Assembly: GCF_963921235.1 (NCBI RefSeq) | Contig: NC_086097.1 | Span: 235,106,001 to 235,170,000 of the forward strand | Origin: Mobula hypostoma | Taxonomy: Eukaryota | Length of the DNA: 64,000 nucleotides | Direction: 5' to 3' | Part shown: in pieces, positions 25,583-37,860 of the stretch | How positions within the stretch are numbered: the first letter of the stretch is position 1 | How the letters are laid out: each line of letters starts with the position of its first letter | Translations under genes and position numbers: made by a program | Notes under the pieces: generated by a model | The model's input: the letters and a program-made list of their open reading frames with translations, nothing else | Told to the model about the DNA's origin: nothing | The model's database searches: none

Positions 25583-25613
<31 letters not shown>

Positions 25614-25941
25614 CACACACACACGCACACACACACACACACACGCACACACACAGACACACACACGCACACACACACACACACACACACAGACACGCAC
25701 ACACAGACACGCACACACACACATGCACACACACACGCACACACACACACACACACACGCGCACATACACACACACACACGCACACACACACACACGCAC
25801 ATACACACACACACACGCACACACGCACACACACACACGCACACACACACACACATACACACACACACATGCACACGCACACACACACACATGCACGCGC
25901 ACACGCACATGCACACGCACACGCACACGCACACACACACA
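25362..25941. repeat. Imperfect (CA)n/(TG)n microsatellite, about 580 bp
   Basis: Directly visible, with CG and AG interruptions. It lies in the ERV leader region. Confidence 0.98.
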
Positions 25942-26307
25942 CTCTACAACATTCCTTTTTTCTAAAGACACACTTACCAACTTAACAAATTTTCTTTTGC
26001 TTCTGTGGGACTTGACCCAGCCTATAGCAACATTTCATGTGGGACACAACCCGGACCACAACAACCTTGTGTGGGACCCAATCCGGACGATGGCAATCTT
26101 TTTTTAAAATGCTGCAGCTTTCTGATGTTGTACTTTCCTGTTTCCTGCGTCCTATGTTGGCATACATTGACTACTCCATACAGGGGGAAATCTGTGTTCC
26201 AGCAGCATACTCAGTCCCTTGCTCAAATATAAGCAGTCTAGGATTTAGGATCTATCAGCTAGTAAGACTGAATTTCTTTCTCCTGTACATTGAAGTCAGG
26301 GATAACC

Positions 26308-26325
26308 ATCATGGTGGAAAATCCA
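26308..26325 (-). promoter_or_regulatory. Putative primer-binding site (tRNA-Gln-like) of the ERV
   Basis: TGGATTTTCCACCATGAT matches 14/18 to TGGAGGTTCCACCGAGAT, the complement of the vertebrate tRNA-Gln 3' end. It starts 6 nt after the LTR end ...TAACA (26332). Confidence 0.55.
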
Positions 26326-26376
26326 ATTAACTGTTATCGCCAATATTACTGTAAAATAACTGCACACTCTTATACG

Positions 26377-26563
26377 AGGAATTCTGCAGATGCCGGAAAT
26401 TCAAGCAACACACATCAAGGTTGCTGGTGAACGCAGCAGGCCAGGCCACATCTCTGAATCACTTGACGAAGGGTCTCGGCCCGAAACGTCGACTGTACCT
26501 CTTCCTCGAGATGCTGCCTGGCCTACTGTGTTCACCAACAACTTTGATGTGTGTTGCCTGGAC
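26377..26563. mobile_element. Penelope-type fold-back insertion with degenerate hammerhead motif
   Basis: Inverted arms and TTGACGA-A-GGGTCTCGGCCC-GAAA-CGTC-GACTG at 26463-26495. CTCTTAT is duplicated on both sides. Confidence 0.75.
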
Positions 26564-26724
26564 CCTCTTATGACATTTTACTTATGCTCAAAACAAAATA
26601 GCATGGGTCTCTATCACCCACACTGCACTGAAGTCAGGATGGAAAACTGCTACTTTAATACAGAAACACACATCAAAGTTGCTGGTGAACGCAGCAGGCC
26701 AGGCAGCATCTCTAGGAAGAGGTA

Positions 26725-26762
26725 CAGTCAACGTTTCGGGCCAAGACCCTTCGTCAGGACTA
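26725..26762 (-). ncRNA. Minimal type I hammerhead ribozyme motif in a Penelope-type fragment (26666-26772 plus 29746-29796)
   Basis: TAGTC-CTGACGA-A-GGGTCTTGGCCC-GAAA-CGTT-GACTG: intact core, stem I and stem II. TTTAATACAGAA is duplicated near 26654 and 29797. Confidence 0.75.
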
Positions 26763-26772
26763 ACTGAAGGAA

Positions 26773-29745
26773 TAGTCATAGTCATAGTCATACTTTATTG
26801 ATCCCAGGGGAAATTGGTTTTCGTTAAAGTTGCACCATAAATAATAAATAGTAATAGAACCATAAATAGTTAAATAGTAATATGTAAATTATGCCAGTAC
26901 ATTATGAAATAGGTCCAGGACCAGCCTATCGACTCAGGGTGTCTGACCCTCCAAGGGAGGAGTTGTAAAGTTTGATGGCCACAGGCAGGAATGACATCCT
27001 ATGACGCTCTGTGCTGCATCTCGGTGGAATGAGTCTCTGGCTGAATGTACTCCTGTGCCCACCCAGTACATTATGTAGTGGATGGGAAACATTGTCCAAG
27101 ATGGCATGCAACTTAGACAGCATCCTCTTTTCAGACTCCACCGTCAGAGAGTCCAATTCCATCCCCTCAACATCACTGGCCTTACAAATGAGTTTGTTGA
27201 TTCTGTTGGTGTCTGCTACCCTCAGCCTGCTGCCCCAGCACACAACAGCAAACGTGATAGCACTGGCCACCACAGACTCGTAGAACGTCCTCAGAATCGT
27301 CCGGCAGATGTTAAAGGACCTCAGTCTCCTCAGGAAATAGAGTTGGCTCTGACCCTTCTTGTAGACAGCCTCAGTGTTCTTTGACCAGTCCAGTTTATTG
27401 TCAATTCGTGTCCCCAGGTATTTGTAATCCTCCACCATGTCCACACTGACCCCCTGGATGGAAACAGGGGTCACTGGTACCTTAGCTCTCCTCAGGTCTA
27501 CCACCAGCTCCTTAGTCTTTTTCACATTAAGCTGCAGATAATTCTGCTCACACCATGTGACAAAGTTTCCTACCGTAGACCTGTACTCAACCTCATCTCC
27601 CTTGCTGATGCATCCAATTATGGCAGAGTCATCCGAAAACTTCTGAAGATGACAAGACTCTGTGCAGTAGTTGAAGCCGAGGTGTAAATGGTGAAGAGAA
27701 AGGGAGACAAAGCAGTGCCCTGTGGAGCCCCAGTGCTGCTGATCACTCTGTCAGACACACAGTGTTGCAAGCACACGTACTGTGGTCTGCCAGTCAGGTA
27801 ATCAAGAATCCATGATACCAGGGAAGCATCCACCTGCATCGCTGTCAGCTTTTCCCCAGCAGAGCAGGGTGGATGGTGTTGAACGCAAAGGAGAAGTCAA
27901 AAAACATGACCCTCACAGTGCTCGCTGGCTTGTCCAGGTGGCGTAGACACGGTTCAGCAGGTAGATGATGGCATCCTCAACTCCTAGTTGGGGCTGGTAG
28001 GCGAACTGGAGGGGATCTAAGTGTGGCCTGACCATAGGCTGGAGCAGCTCCAGAACAAGTCTCTCCAGGGTCTTCATGATGTGGGAGGTCAATGCCACCG
28101 GTCTGTAGTCATTGAGGCCGCTGGGGCGCGGCGTCTTCGGTACAGGGACGAGGCAGGATGTCTTCCACAGTACAGGAACCCTCCGGAGCCTCGGGCTCAG
28201 GTTGAGTACATGGCAAAGTACTCCACATAGCTGCGGGGCACAGGCTTTGAGCACCCTGGTACTGACACCATCCGGTCCTGCAGCCTTGCTTGGGTTGAGA
28301 CGTTTCAGCTGTCCTCTCACCTGTTCAGCCATGAAGCCCACCATGGTGGTTTTGTCGGGGGGAGGGACTGGAGGGGTAGGAAGGGAGAGTGGAATATGTG
28401 TTGGTTGGGGGCGGACAACAGTTGGCTCATGTGGGGGATGGGCAGGGGTCACAATGTCAAATCTGTTAAAGAACAGGTTAAGTTCGTTGGCCCTGTCCAC
28501 ACTGCCTTCCACTCCTCTGTTGCTAGTTTGCCGGAACCCAGTGATGGTCCTCATCCTTCTCTAGACCTCTCTCATGTTGTTCTGCTGGAGTTTCCACTCA
28601 AGCTTCCTCCTGTACCTGTCTTTAGCTGCCCTGATCCTGGCTTCACTCTAAACGCCCTCTTTTTAGCGTTCAGGATGTCCTTAATATCCTTTGTTACCCA
28701 TGGCTTGTTATTTGAATAACAAAGGACAGTTCTTGTCGGAACATTGCAGTCCACACAGAAGTTGATGTAATCAGTGATGCACTCTGTGAGCCCATCAATA
28801 TCCTCTCCATGTGGCTCACAGAGTGCCTGCCAGTCTGTCACCTCAAAACAACCCTGGAGCACCTCAAAAGCCTCCTCTGACCATTTCCTCATTGTCCTCG
28901 AGGTTGCAGGTTTACTCTTCACCAGAGGCACGTAGCAGGGTTTTAGATGCACCAGGTTGTGATCTGACCTTCCTAGTGGGGGGAGGGGAGAAGGGCTGCA
29001 TGCATCCTTAACGTTAACGTACATCAAATCCACAGTCCTCTCCCCTCTGGTTGTACAGCTCACATACTGCGTAAAGTTGGGCAGTGTTCTAGCCATGGTA
29101 ACCTGGTTGAAGTCACCCGAGATGGTAATGAGGGCACTCGGGTGCTGTGTTTGTAATCTGGCTATGACGGTGTAAATGATGTTGCACGCCGATGTCGGGT
29201 TGACAGAGGGAGAGATGTACACAACAACCACAATTGCATGCGAGATTTCCCTTGGCAAATAATATGGCTGGAGTCCAACAGCATAAAGTTCAATATCCAG
29301 GCTACAGACACATTCCTTGATCGTAATATGCCCAGGATTGCACCATCTGTTATTTACCAGAACCGCCAGCCCCCCTCCTTTACACTTACCGCTCTCAGTG
29401 CAATTCCGGTCAGCTCGAACAGTCTGGAAGCCCTCTATGGAAACACTTTGATCGGGTATGTCCTCGTGCAGCCACGTCTCAGTGAAGCACATGACACTAC
29501 TCTCCTGAAATGTTCTCTGACTCCTGACAAGCACAGTCAGTTCGTCCATTTTATTCCCCAGCGATCTCACATTTCCCATGATGAGAGAGGGGAGACACGG
29601 CTTATAACTTCTCTTCTCCATAACCCTCTGTTGTCTCGACCCAGTCCTCTCCCCTCGCCTTTTTGATCCCCCTCTGCATCCTCTGTGTGTTTCCCTCCAG
29701 ATTTCAGCGGGGATGTCCGCTGCTCTGTTCACTAAACCAGCGGGC
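26773..29745 (-). mobile_element. Rex1/Babar LINE with APE endonuclease and RT, frameshifted
   Basis: GNVRSL..FTETWL..GDFN..SDH (28572-29747), KAAGPDG..DYRPVALTS..DPLQFAY (27913-28554), GAPQG and FSDD near 27630, C-terminus at 26926-27525, and a (TATGAC)n tail. Confidence 0.95.
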
Positions 29746-30789
29746 AAGAGCTAGTGAGAGATTTGAAAGTGGTAGCGGGAGGAGGAGATCTTCAATTTTA
29801 ATACAGAATTTACTTATCAATTACAGATAGTGACCACTTGGTAAGTTGAGTATGCTTGAATTCCTTACTTGCTAGAACAATTGTCATTCACAATGGAGGT
29901 GTTAAAAGTTGGGTGTATTTCACATCCTACCGTTAATCTTATCTTGCTGTCTCCAGCACCTCCTACGTTTCAGGAAGACCTTTCTTAAAAGGTCTCACTG
30001 CAGAGACCTCTTCATCCTCACCTATCTTGTCAGTCGTAAGCAGAGGTGACTCTGACAGTCTCACTTCAAAGATCTCACCTGACTACAACTGCCCCAGGCT
30101 ATTCTTGCCTGGATGTTGTCTTTAACCCTTCCATTACCACAACATCCATGGTCACTGCATTTAAGCATGGGCTTCATTGTAAGCTGAGGGGCTGTGAAAT
30201 GAATTGAGCATGGTGCAATCACTACTTCGGTTCTTATAATCAAAAGCTCACAGTTGAATCATTGCCCTAAGGATGCTCTGAGGTGATTTCTTATGGCTGG
30301 GATGATTGAGCTCTGACAACCACAACCTGTTTCTTTATATGATGTGCAACTCCAGTGAGTGGAATGTTATCTCTTCAATGCCCATTGATTTCAGTTTTAC
30401 TGGGGTTTCCTGACACATATTTGGTTAAATTGTTAAGTTCTGAAATTCAGCTCCTTTGTTTATGCTTGGAGCAAGGACAAAATAAGACAAGTGGCTCTGG
30501 AAAGCAAAAACTAGATATCGATGTACATCCTTTTGGTGTGTAGATGCCTCTCCATACCACTGTTCGTAAAAGCTGCCTTCATTCTGTTTCTAGTTCTAGA
30601 GTAGACCATTTAGATAGCTATTAAATACACCTGAATAGTTTCTCTTTTTGTGAACAGTGCATACACTCAATGGCCACTTTTATAGGTATAGTTGGCTCCT
30701 AATAAAGTAGCCAATGAGTATACATGAGTTTTCTACAAAAATGGGCCGATATCTGTTTTTTAAATGGACAGCAACAGGTCCTTTGCCTA

Positions 30790-32140
30790 CAATGCTGGAC
30801 TAATTAACTTAATGGCACCTAACTGCTTTTGCCTGCATAAGGTCCATATCCCTCCATTTTCTGCATATTTGTCCATCTAAGAGCTCCATAAATGCTTTTT
30901 TTGTATCTGCCCCCACAACCATCCTGGTAAACCATTCCAAACACTCACAATGCTCTGTGTAAAATTCTTGTCCTGCACAACTCCTTCAAACTTATCCCCT
31001 CTCAGCTTAAATTCATGCCTAATTGGAGTTTTATAAAGTTGTAAAGTAACTTCCTTGTCATGGTTTTTCAAAGGCTCATGGGTTCTGTCCCTAAGGATTC
31101 TCTCCAGTAGCTTCTCTATCACTGATGTGAGACTCACCAATCTATAGTTTTAAGGATCATCCCCAGTTCCCTACTTGAATAATGGAAAACATCAGCTATT
31201 GCTAGTTCTTCAGGACCTTGACTGTGGCTAGAGAGGATATGAAGATATAGTTCAAGGCCCCAGCAATCTCTTCTCATTCCCTCTCAATAACAAGGTATAT
31301 ATCCCATCAGGCCCAGGGGACTTATCCACCTTAATGCTCTTTAAGAGACCCAACACCATGTCTTTCTTTACTTTGAAATGACCAGGCATGTTAATACACT
31401 CAGCACTAATCTCCATCTCCTCCATGTCCATCTTCTTGGTAAATACTGATATTAAATACTCATTATGGACCTCCCCCACACTCTCTGCATCCAAGCAAAT
31501 ATTTCCCCCTTTATCATTGATGGCCCTACCTGCTCCCTAGTTATCTTCATGCTCTTGATATATGTATAGAATGACTTGGGATTCTCTTTATTCCTACTTG
31601 CCAAGAACTTTTCCTGGCCTCACCTGGCTTTCTCAATTCCCTTTTTGAGTTCTTTTCTGGCTTCTTCATAATCCCCAAAGGTCCCGTTGGATTCTAGCTT
31701 CCAAAGATTTACATATTTTTCCTTTTCCTTCTTCACTTAAGTCAACAGCTCTCTCAACGTCCAAGGTTCGCTTATCTTGCCATCCTTGTCCTTCCTTCTG
31801 ACTAGAACATACCTGTCATGTAGCTTGTACTCATATTGCGTGTGGACTTGCCCAGAAATAGCTGTTCCTGCCTAATGCTTGCATAATTTGCCCTTTTCCA
31901 ATTTAATACTCTCCCACCAGGTCCATACTTATCCTTATCTATACCTGTCTTAAAACTTGAGGAGTCGTGGCCTTTGTTCCATAGGTGCTCACCCATTGAG
32001 AAGTCAGTCACCCGGCCAAGCTCATTACCCAACATCAGATCTATCCTTTTGTTGGACTATCTACATATTGCTTTAGAAAACCCATCTGGATGCACCTAAC
32101 AAATTCTGCCCCATCTCACCCTTTCGCGCTAAGAAGGAGG
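30790..32140 (-). mobile_element. Degenerate, internally deleted CR1 LINE
   Basis: Minus ORFs: LGNELGRVTD, VDKSPGPDGIY, VSLTSVIEKLLERIL and NFTQSIVSVWNGLP. Confidence 0.85.
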
Positions 32141-32409
32141 GTGATAGTAAATGCAGTATTCACAATAAATTAATCATAAGTTGTACAGACTTTTTACATA
32201 AAGAGCACAATGTTATTCAACTTTATTGCCATGCCTTTTTTTTTGTTGCTATAGAGGAATAGTGATTAGGGTTATGTCATTTGATTCAAGAACCAAATGA
32301 CTGAAGAGCACCTAACAGCTTCTCTATCTTTTATCTCAAATTACCCTAACATATATTCCTGCTCCACGCAGATCTCACTATCCTCCATATTTGTCTCTTT
32401 GCTGAATAT

Positions 32410-32780
32410 GCTCATTCGTTATGTGCCATGTCGTATGATGTCAGCAATCATGGTCTTTCCATGACCATGATTGTTCTCGGCAAATCTTTCTACAGAAATA
32501 GCTTGCCATTGCCTTCTTCTGGCCAATGTCTTTACAAGATGGGTGAAACCAGCCATTATCAATACTCTTCAGACATTTTCTGCCTGGCCAGGACTTGAAA
32601 TATGTACCAGCTGCTCATTGGACCATCCACCACCAGCTTCCATGGCTTCATGTGACTCTGATCGGTGGGGGAGCAGTCTAAGCAGGTACCACATCTTGCC
32701 CAAGGGTGACCTGCAGGCTAGTGGCCGAAAGGAGCGTCTTACACCTCCTCCGGTCAAAATGTATTTCAACCCCACCACCC
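32410..32780 (-). mobile_element. Possible RTE-related SINE or short retroposon
   Basis: GC-richer island with minus-strand GAAGGCAATGGCAAGC, reminiscent of RTE/BovB-related motifs. The family is not certain. Confidence 0.35.
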
Positions 32781-33224
32781 GCCTTAGTGAATATCAATGC
32801 AAAGTACTCATTTAGGACCTTGTTCAATCTTCCATCTCCACGTACGCATTCCTTCCTTTGTTCTTGAGTGGGCCTGTCCTCTTCCTAGTTATTCTCTTGC
32901 TCCTTGATGTATAGAATGGCCTAGAGTTTATTTTTAGTCCTACTTGCCAAGGACTTTTCATGGCCCCCTCCTAGCTCTCCTAATTTGAGTTGACTTTCTT
33001 GTTTTTTAATATTCCTATTCCTTCATGTTTCTGGAGCGGAGATCCTTAGTGCTACAGCTGGGATGGTGTCTAGTTGCCCTGTAAGTGCTGCATCAACTCC
33101 TCTTGTTTCAAGGCATCATAAAGAGCAAAATAAATTGGCTGGAGATTGGCTTCTGTGATCATGGGAATCTCAGAAGGAAGGAAAAACATTTAAGAAACAT
33201 ATATTGGTTAAACACATATTTAAG

Positions 33225-34038
33225 AAACTTCAAATGAGATTTTTAAATTGGTTAATACTTCATCGCTATGTGCTCGTCATTCCCTCCTACAATTTAAAGT
33301 GGTTCATAGGGCTTACATGACCAAGGATAAATGTAACAATGGAGAAGCTTCACTTATTCATATGTTTTGGACTTGTCCAAGTCTTGGAAAATATTGGCAG
33401 GAAGTATTCCAAACTTTTTCTGTACTCTTTAAAGTAAATTTTAAGCCTAACCCTTTGATTGCCCTACTTGGTATTGTTGGAAGGAAAGATATCATCTTGA
33501 AGACACCTGATTTGCACATTCTGGTTTTTAGCTCTCTTATGGCTAGAAGAGCACTTTTGTTTAAATGGAAGGATGCTGTTCCGCCTAATCATGCTTAGTG
33601 CTTATGCGATGTTATGGCATAAACTTAGAAAAGATTCGTTGTTCAATTTCTGAATCTAACCAAGATTTTCAAAATTTGTGGGGGCCGTTTTTAAATTATT
33701 TTCATAATCTTTGACTTCTTGTTAAAGTACAGAAGTTGCTTAATAGTGTATTTTATTACCTGATAAGTTTCTTTTTTGTTTCTTTTCCCGAACAGCTTCC
33801 GCTTTGGTAGTGGGTGTAGATCTTTTCTTTTCTTAATAAAATTGCTTATATTCTAATATACGAACTAATCTAATCCATATGAATATAGAATAAGGAGTTT
33901 GTTAATATGATTCAATATACTGTATCTGGTATTATTATATTTTGTCTTTTGTTTTATAATATGTATTCTCTTGAACTTTGTATTCTTCTATATATAGAAA
34001 TCAAAATCAATAAAAATATTGAAAAAGAAAGAAAGAAA
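33225..34038 (+). mobile_element. L1/Tx1-clade LINE 3' fragment
   Basis: HSLLQFKVVHRAY..C..GEASLIHMFWTCP zinc-knuckle region, an AT-rich UTR, AATAAA and an (AAAG)n tail. Confidence 0.85.
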
Positions 34039-34163
34039 CATACATTTAATACTTCACAGTCTCTAAGCAATCTAATTGGAACTTACTGACATTTGCTTTA
34101 AAATAAGATCTTTAACTACCTCTATGAAAACTGGGGCATATTAATCAATTTAAAACATCATCT

Positions 34164-37100
34164 TGTCATGGTCCGGTCCGTGAAGTCCGTATTCCGGTTC
34201 TGTTTCCTCGCCTGAAGTTCTTGCTTCGCCTTGCATTGCCTGAAGCCTTGCCTTGTCTTGTTGTCTTGTCCTGGAGCCACCCAGTACCTAGCTCCCTTCC
34301 TGTCCCTTGCCTCCGTCGGGTAAGCCAGGCCGTATTGCCGTTACCTACGGTTGGTTCTGTCCCTTCCTGTCCCTTGCCTCCATAGGGTTGAGATCCACGC
34401 CCTGCCCAGGAGGAGCTTCATGTCTCCTTCCTCCAGCCTCCAGCCTCGCCTCACCTCAAGTCTCCTGCCTAGCCTCGCCTCAAGTCTCAAGTCTCCAGCC
34501 TCCTGCTTAGCCTCGCCTCAAGTCTCTAGCCTCAAGCCTGAAGACTCCAGCCTCCTGCCTCCTGCCAAGCCTCGCCTCGTCTTTGGCCTCAAGTCTCCAG
34601 TCTCCTGCCTCCTGCCAAGCCTCGCCTCAAGTCTCTAGCCTCTAGCCTCAAGCCTTAAGACTCCAGCCTCGTCCTGCCTGCCAGTCCTTGCCTAGTTCTG
34701 AGGTCCGAGCCAGAGACAAGACCCGGGTACGGGGTCCTTGTCCAGTGTCTGGCTTGGGGTCCAAGCCCGGGCTCCTAGCTCTCTTGTCTAGTCCTGTTCT
34801 GGGTTCCCAGTTTTCGTGTCCATGTCTTTGCTCTCACCCCGTATCCTAGTCCTGTCCCTAGTCCTTCAGTGTCTGCATCTTGCACTTGGGTCTGTTCCCA
34901 GCCACCGCCATATGGCAGAACGATCCAGTCAACCATGGACCCAGCGACACAGATACCGTCGTTTTCCTCTTGCCACCTGGGGTTCCTTTCTGTTAAATAC
35001 CCTCCCACCTGCCCGGGTCGTCCATAGTCTGCATACCCTGTTTGGTCTCCAGGAGGCTCCCGTAGAGGGAGGGCGGGGGTACTGTCATGGTCTGGTCCAT
35101 GAAGTCTGTATTCCGGTTCACAGTCCGGTCCATCGACCCTTGCTCCAGGTTTTCCTGTCTATCCTGTTTCTGTTCTTGTTGAGCTCTAATTGAGGCAGTT
35201 GATGCTCGTTGGGGCTGGCTGCATAAATACCTTCAGAGACCAGGGTGTGGCTGCTGGATTGTTCTTTTCCTTACTCCCTGTATCCTTTCCTCTGCCTTCT
35301 GTTTCCTCACCTGAAGCCTTGCTGGCAACTCTCGCCTCGCCTGAAATTCTCGTTTCGCCTTGCTATGCCTGAAGCCCTGCCTTGTCTTGCCGGTAACTCT
35401 TGCCTCGCCTGAAGTTCTGTCTTGCCTTGCATTGCCTGAAGCCTTGCCTTGTCTTGCTGTCTTGTCCTGGAGCCACCCCGTACCTAGCTCCCTTCCTGTC
35501 CCTTGCCTCTGTCGGGTAAGCCAGGCCGTCTTGCCGTTACCTGCGGTTGGTTCTGTCCCTTCCTGTCCCTTGCCTCCATCGGCTAAGCTAGGCCATCTTG
35601 CCATTACCTGCGGTTGGTTCGGTCCCTTCCTGTCCCCTGCCTCCGTTAGGTAAGCCAGGCGGTATTGCCGTTATCTATGGTTGGTTCTGTCCCTTCCTGC
35701 CCCTTGCCTCTGTCGGGTGGAGATCCGCGACCTGCCCAGGAGTACCGCACCCTGCCCAGGAGGAGCTTCAAGTCTCCTGCCTCCAGCCTCCAGCCTCGCC
35801 TCGCCTTAAGTCTCCTGCCTCCATCCTCCAGCCTCACCTCGCCTCAAGTCTCCTGCCTCCAGCCTCCAGCCTTGCCTCGCCTCAAGTCTCCTGCCTCCAG
35901 CCTCACCTCACCTCAGGTCTCAAGTCTCCAGCCTCCTGCCAAGCCTTTCCTCAAGTCTCTAGACTCCAGCCTCATGCCTCCTGCCAAGCCTCGCCTCAAG
36001 TCTCTAGCCTCTAGCCTCAAGCCTGAAGACTCCTGCCTCCTGCCAAGCCTCGCCTCAAGTCTCTGGCCTCTAGCCTCAAGCCTCAAGTCTCCAGCCTCCT
36101 GCCTCCTGCCAAGCCTCGCCTCAAGTCTCTAGCCTCTAGCCTCAAGCCTGAAGACTTCAGCCTTTGGCCTCCTGCCAAGCCTCACCTCTGGTCTCTAGCC
36201 TCTAGACACAAGCCTGAAGACTCCAGCCTCCTGCCTCCTGCCAAGCCTCAGCTCGAGTCTCTAGCCTCTAGCCTCAAGCCTTAAGAGACTGGACAAGGAC
36301 CCCGTACCTGGGTCTTGTCTCTGGCTCGGAGTCTAAGCCCGGGCTCCTAACTCTCTTGTTGAGTCCCGTTCCAGTTTTCGTGTCCATGTCCTTGCTCTCA
36401 CCCTGTAGTCTAGTCCTGTCCCTAGTCCTTCAGTGTCTGTGTCCAGCCACCGTTGTATGACAGAACGATCCAGCCAACCATGGACCCAGCGACACAGACA
36501 CCATCGTTTTGCTCTTGCCACCCAGGGTTCCTTTCTGTTAAATACCCTCTCACCCGCCCGGGTCGTCCATAGTCTGGATACCCTGTTTGGTCGCCAGGAG
36601 GCTCCCGTAGAGTGGGGGGGGGGGGGGGGTTCTGTCATGGTCCGGTCCATGAAGTCCATATTCCGGTTCACAGTCCAGTCCATCGACCCTTGCTCCAGGT
36701 TTTCCTGTCTACCTTGTTTCTGTTCTTGTTGAGCACTAATTGAGGCAGCTGATGCTCGTTGGGGCTGGCTGCATAAATACCTTCAGAGACCAGGGTGTGG
36801 CTGCTGAATTGTTCTTGTCCTTACTCCCTGTATCCTTTCCTCTGCCTTCTGTTTCCTCACCTGAAGCCTTGCTGGCAACTCTCGCCTCGCCTGAAATTCT
36901 CGTTTCGCCTTGCTATGCCTGAAGCCCTGCCTTGTCTTGCCGGTAACTCTTGCCTCGCCTGAAGTTCTGTCTTGCTTTGCATTGTCTGAAGCCTTGCCTT
37001 GTCTTGCTGTCTTGTCCTGGAGCCACCCCGTACCTAGTTCCCTTCCTGTCCCTTGCCTCTGTCGGGTAAGCCAGGCCGTCTTGCCGTTACCTGCGGTTGG

Positions 37101-37860
37101 TTCTATCCCTTCCTGTCTCTTGCCTCCGTCTGCTAAGCCAGGCTGTATTGCCGTTATCTATGGTTGGTTCTGTCCCTTGCCTCCGTCAGGTAAGCCAGGC
37201 CGTATTGCACTTACCTACGGTTGGTTCAATCCCTTCCTGTCCCTTGCCTCCGTCGGGTGGAGATCCACGCCCTACCCAGGAGGAGCTTCAAGTCTCCTGC
37301 CTCCAGTCTCCAGCCTCCTGTCAAGCCTCTCCTCGTCTCAAGTCTCCAGCCTCCTGCCAAGCCTCGTCTCAAGTCTCTAGCCTCTAGACTCTAGCCTGAG
37401 GACTCCAGCCTCCTGCCAAGCCTCACCTCAATTCTCTAGCCTCTAGCTTCAAGCCTGAAGACTCCAGCCTCTGGCCTCCTGCCAAGCTTTGCCTCCGGTC
37501 TCTAGCCTCTAGCCTCAAGCCTGAAGACTCCAGGCTCCTGCCTCCTGCTAAGCTTCGCCTTGAGTCTCTAGCCTCCAGCCTCAAGCCTTAAGACTCTAGC
37601 CTCGTCCTGCCTGCCAGCCAAGCCTCGTCCTTGTCTAGTTCTGGGGTCCGAGCCAGAGACAAGACCCAGGTATGGGGTCCTTGTCCAGGGTCTGGCTCAG
37701 AGTCCAAGCCCGAGCTTCTAGCTCCCTTGTCCAGTCCTGTTCTGGGTTCCCGGTTTTCGTGTCCATGTCCTTGCTCTCACCTTATAACCTAGTCCTGTCC
37801 CTAGTCCTTCAGTGTCTGTGTCTTGCACTTGGGTCCATTCCCAGCCACCTCCGTATGACA
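34164..37860 (+). mobile_element. Tandem non-autonomous LTR retroelement: LTR1 34164-34917, int 34918-35082, LTR2 35083-36462, int 36463-36632, LTR3 36633-37860
   Basis: Each LTR is TGTCATGG...ATG(A/G)CA. Each internal part has a PBS-position GAACGATCCAG, then ATGGACCCAGCG and a G-rich PPT. The 5-bp TSD is CATCT/CATAT. Confidence 0.9.

Larger units (their letters stand above)
26332..30148 (-). repeat. 5' LTR of ancient ERV, in three pieces (26332-26376, 26563-26665, 29797-30148)
   Basis: The pieces align collinearly with 20212-21346, for example CCTATCTTGTC..GTAAGCAGAGGTG..CTCACTTCAAAG and ATACAGAATT..CTTATCA..AATTCCTTACTTGC. Confidence 0.75.

Noticed and set aside
25281..25980. Long ORFs of VC/HT repeats
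   Set aside because: They are translations of the (CA)n microsatellite.
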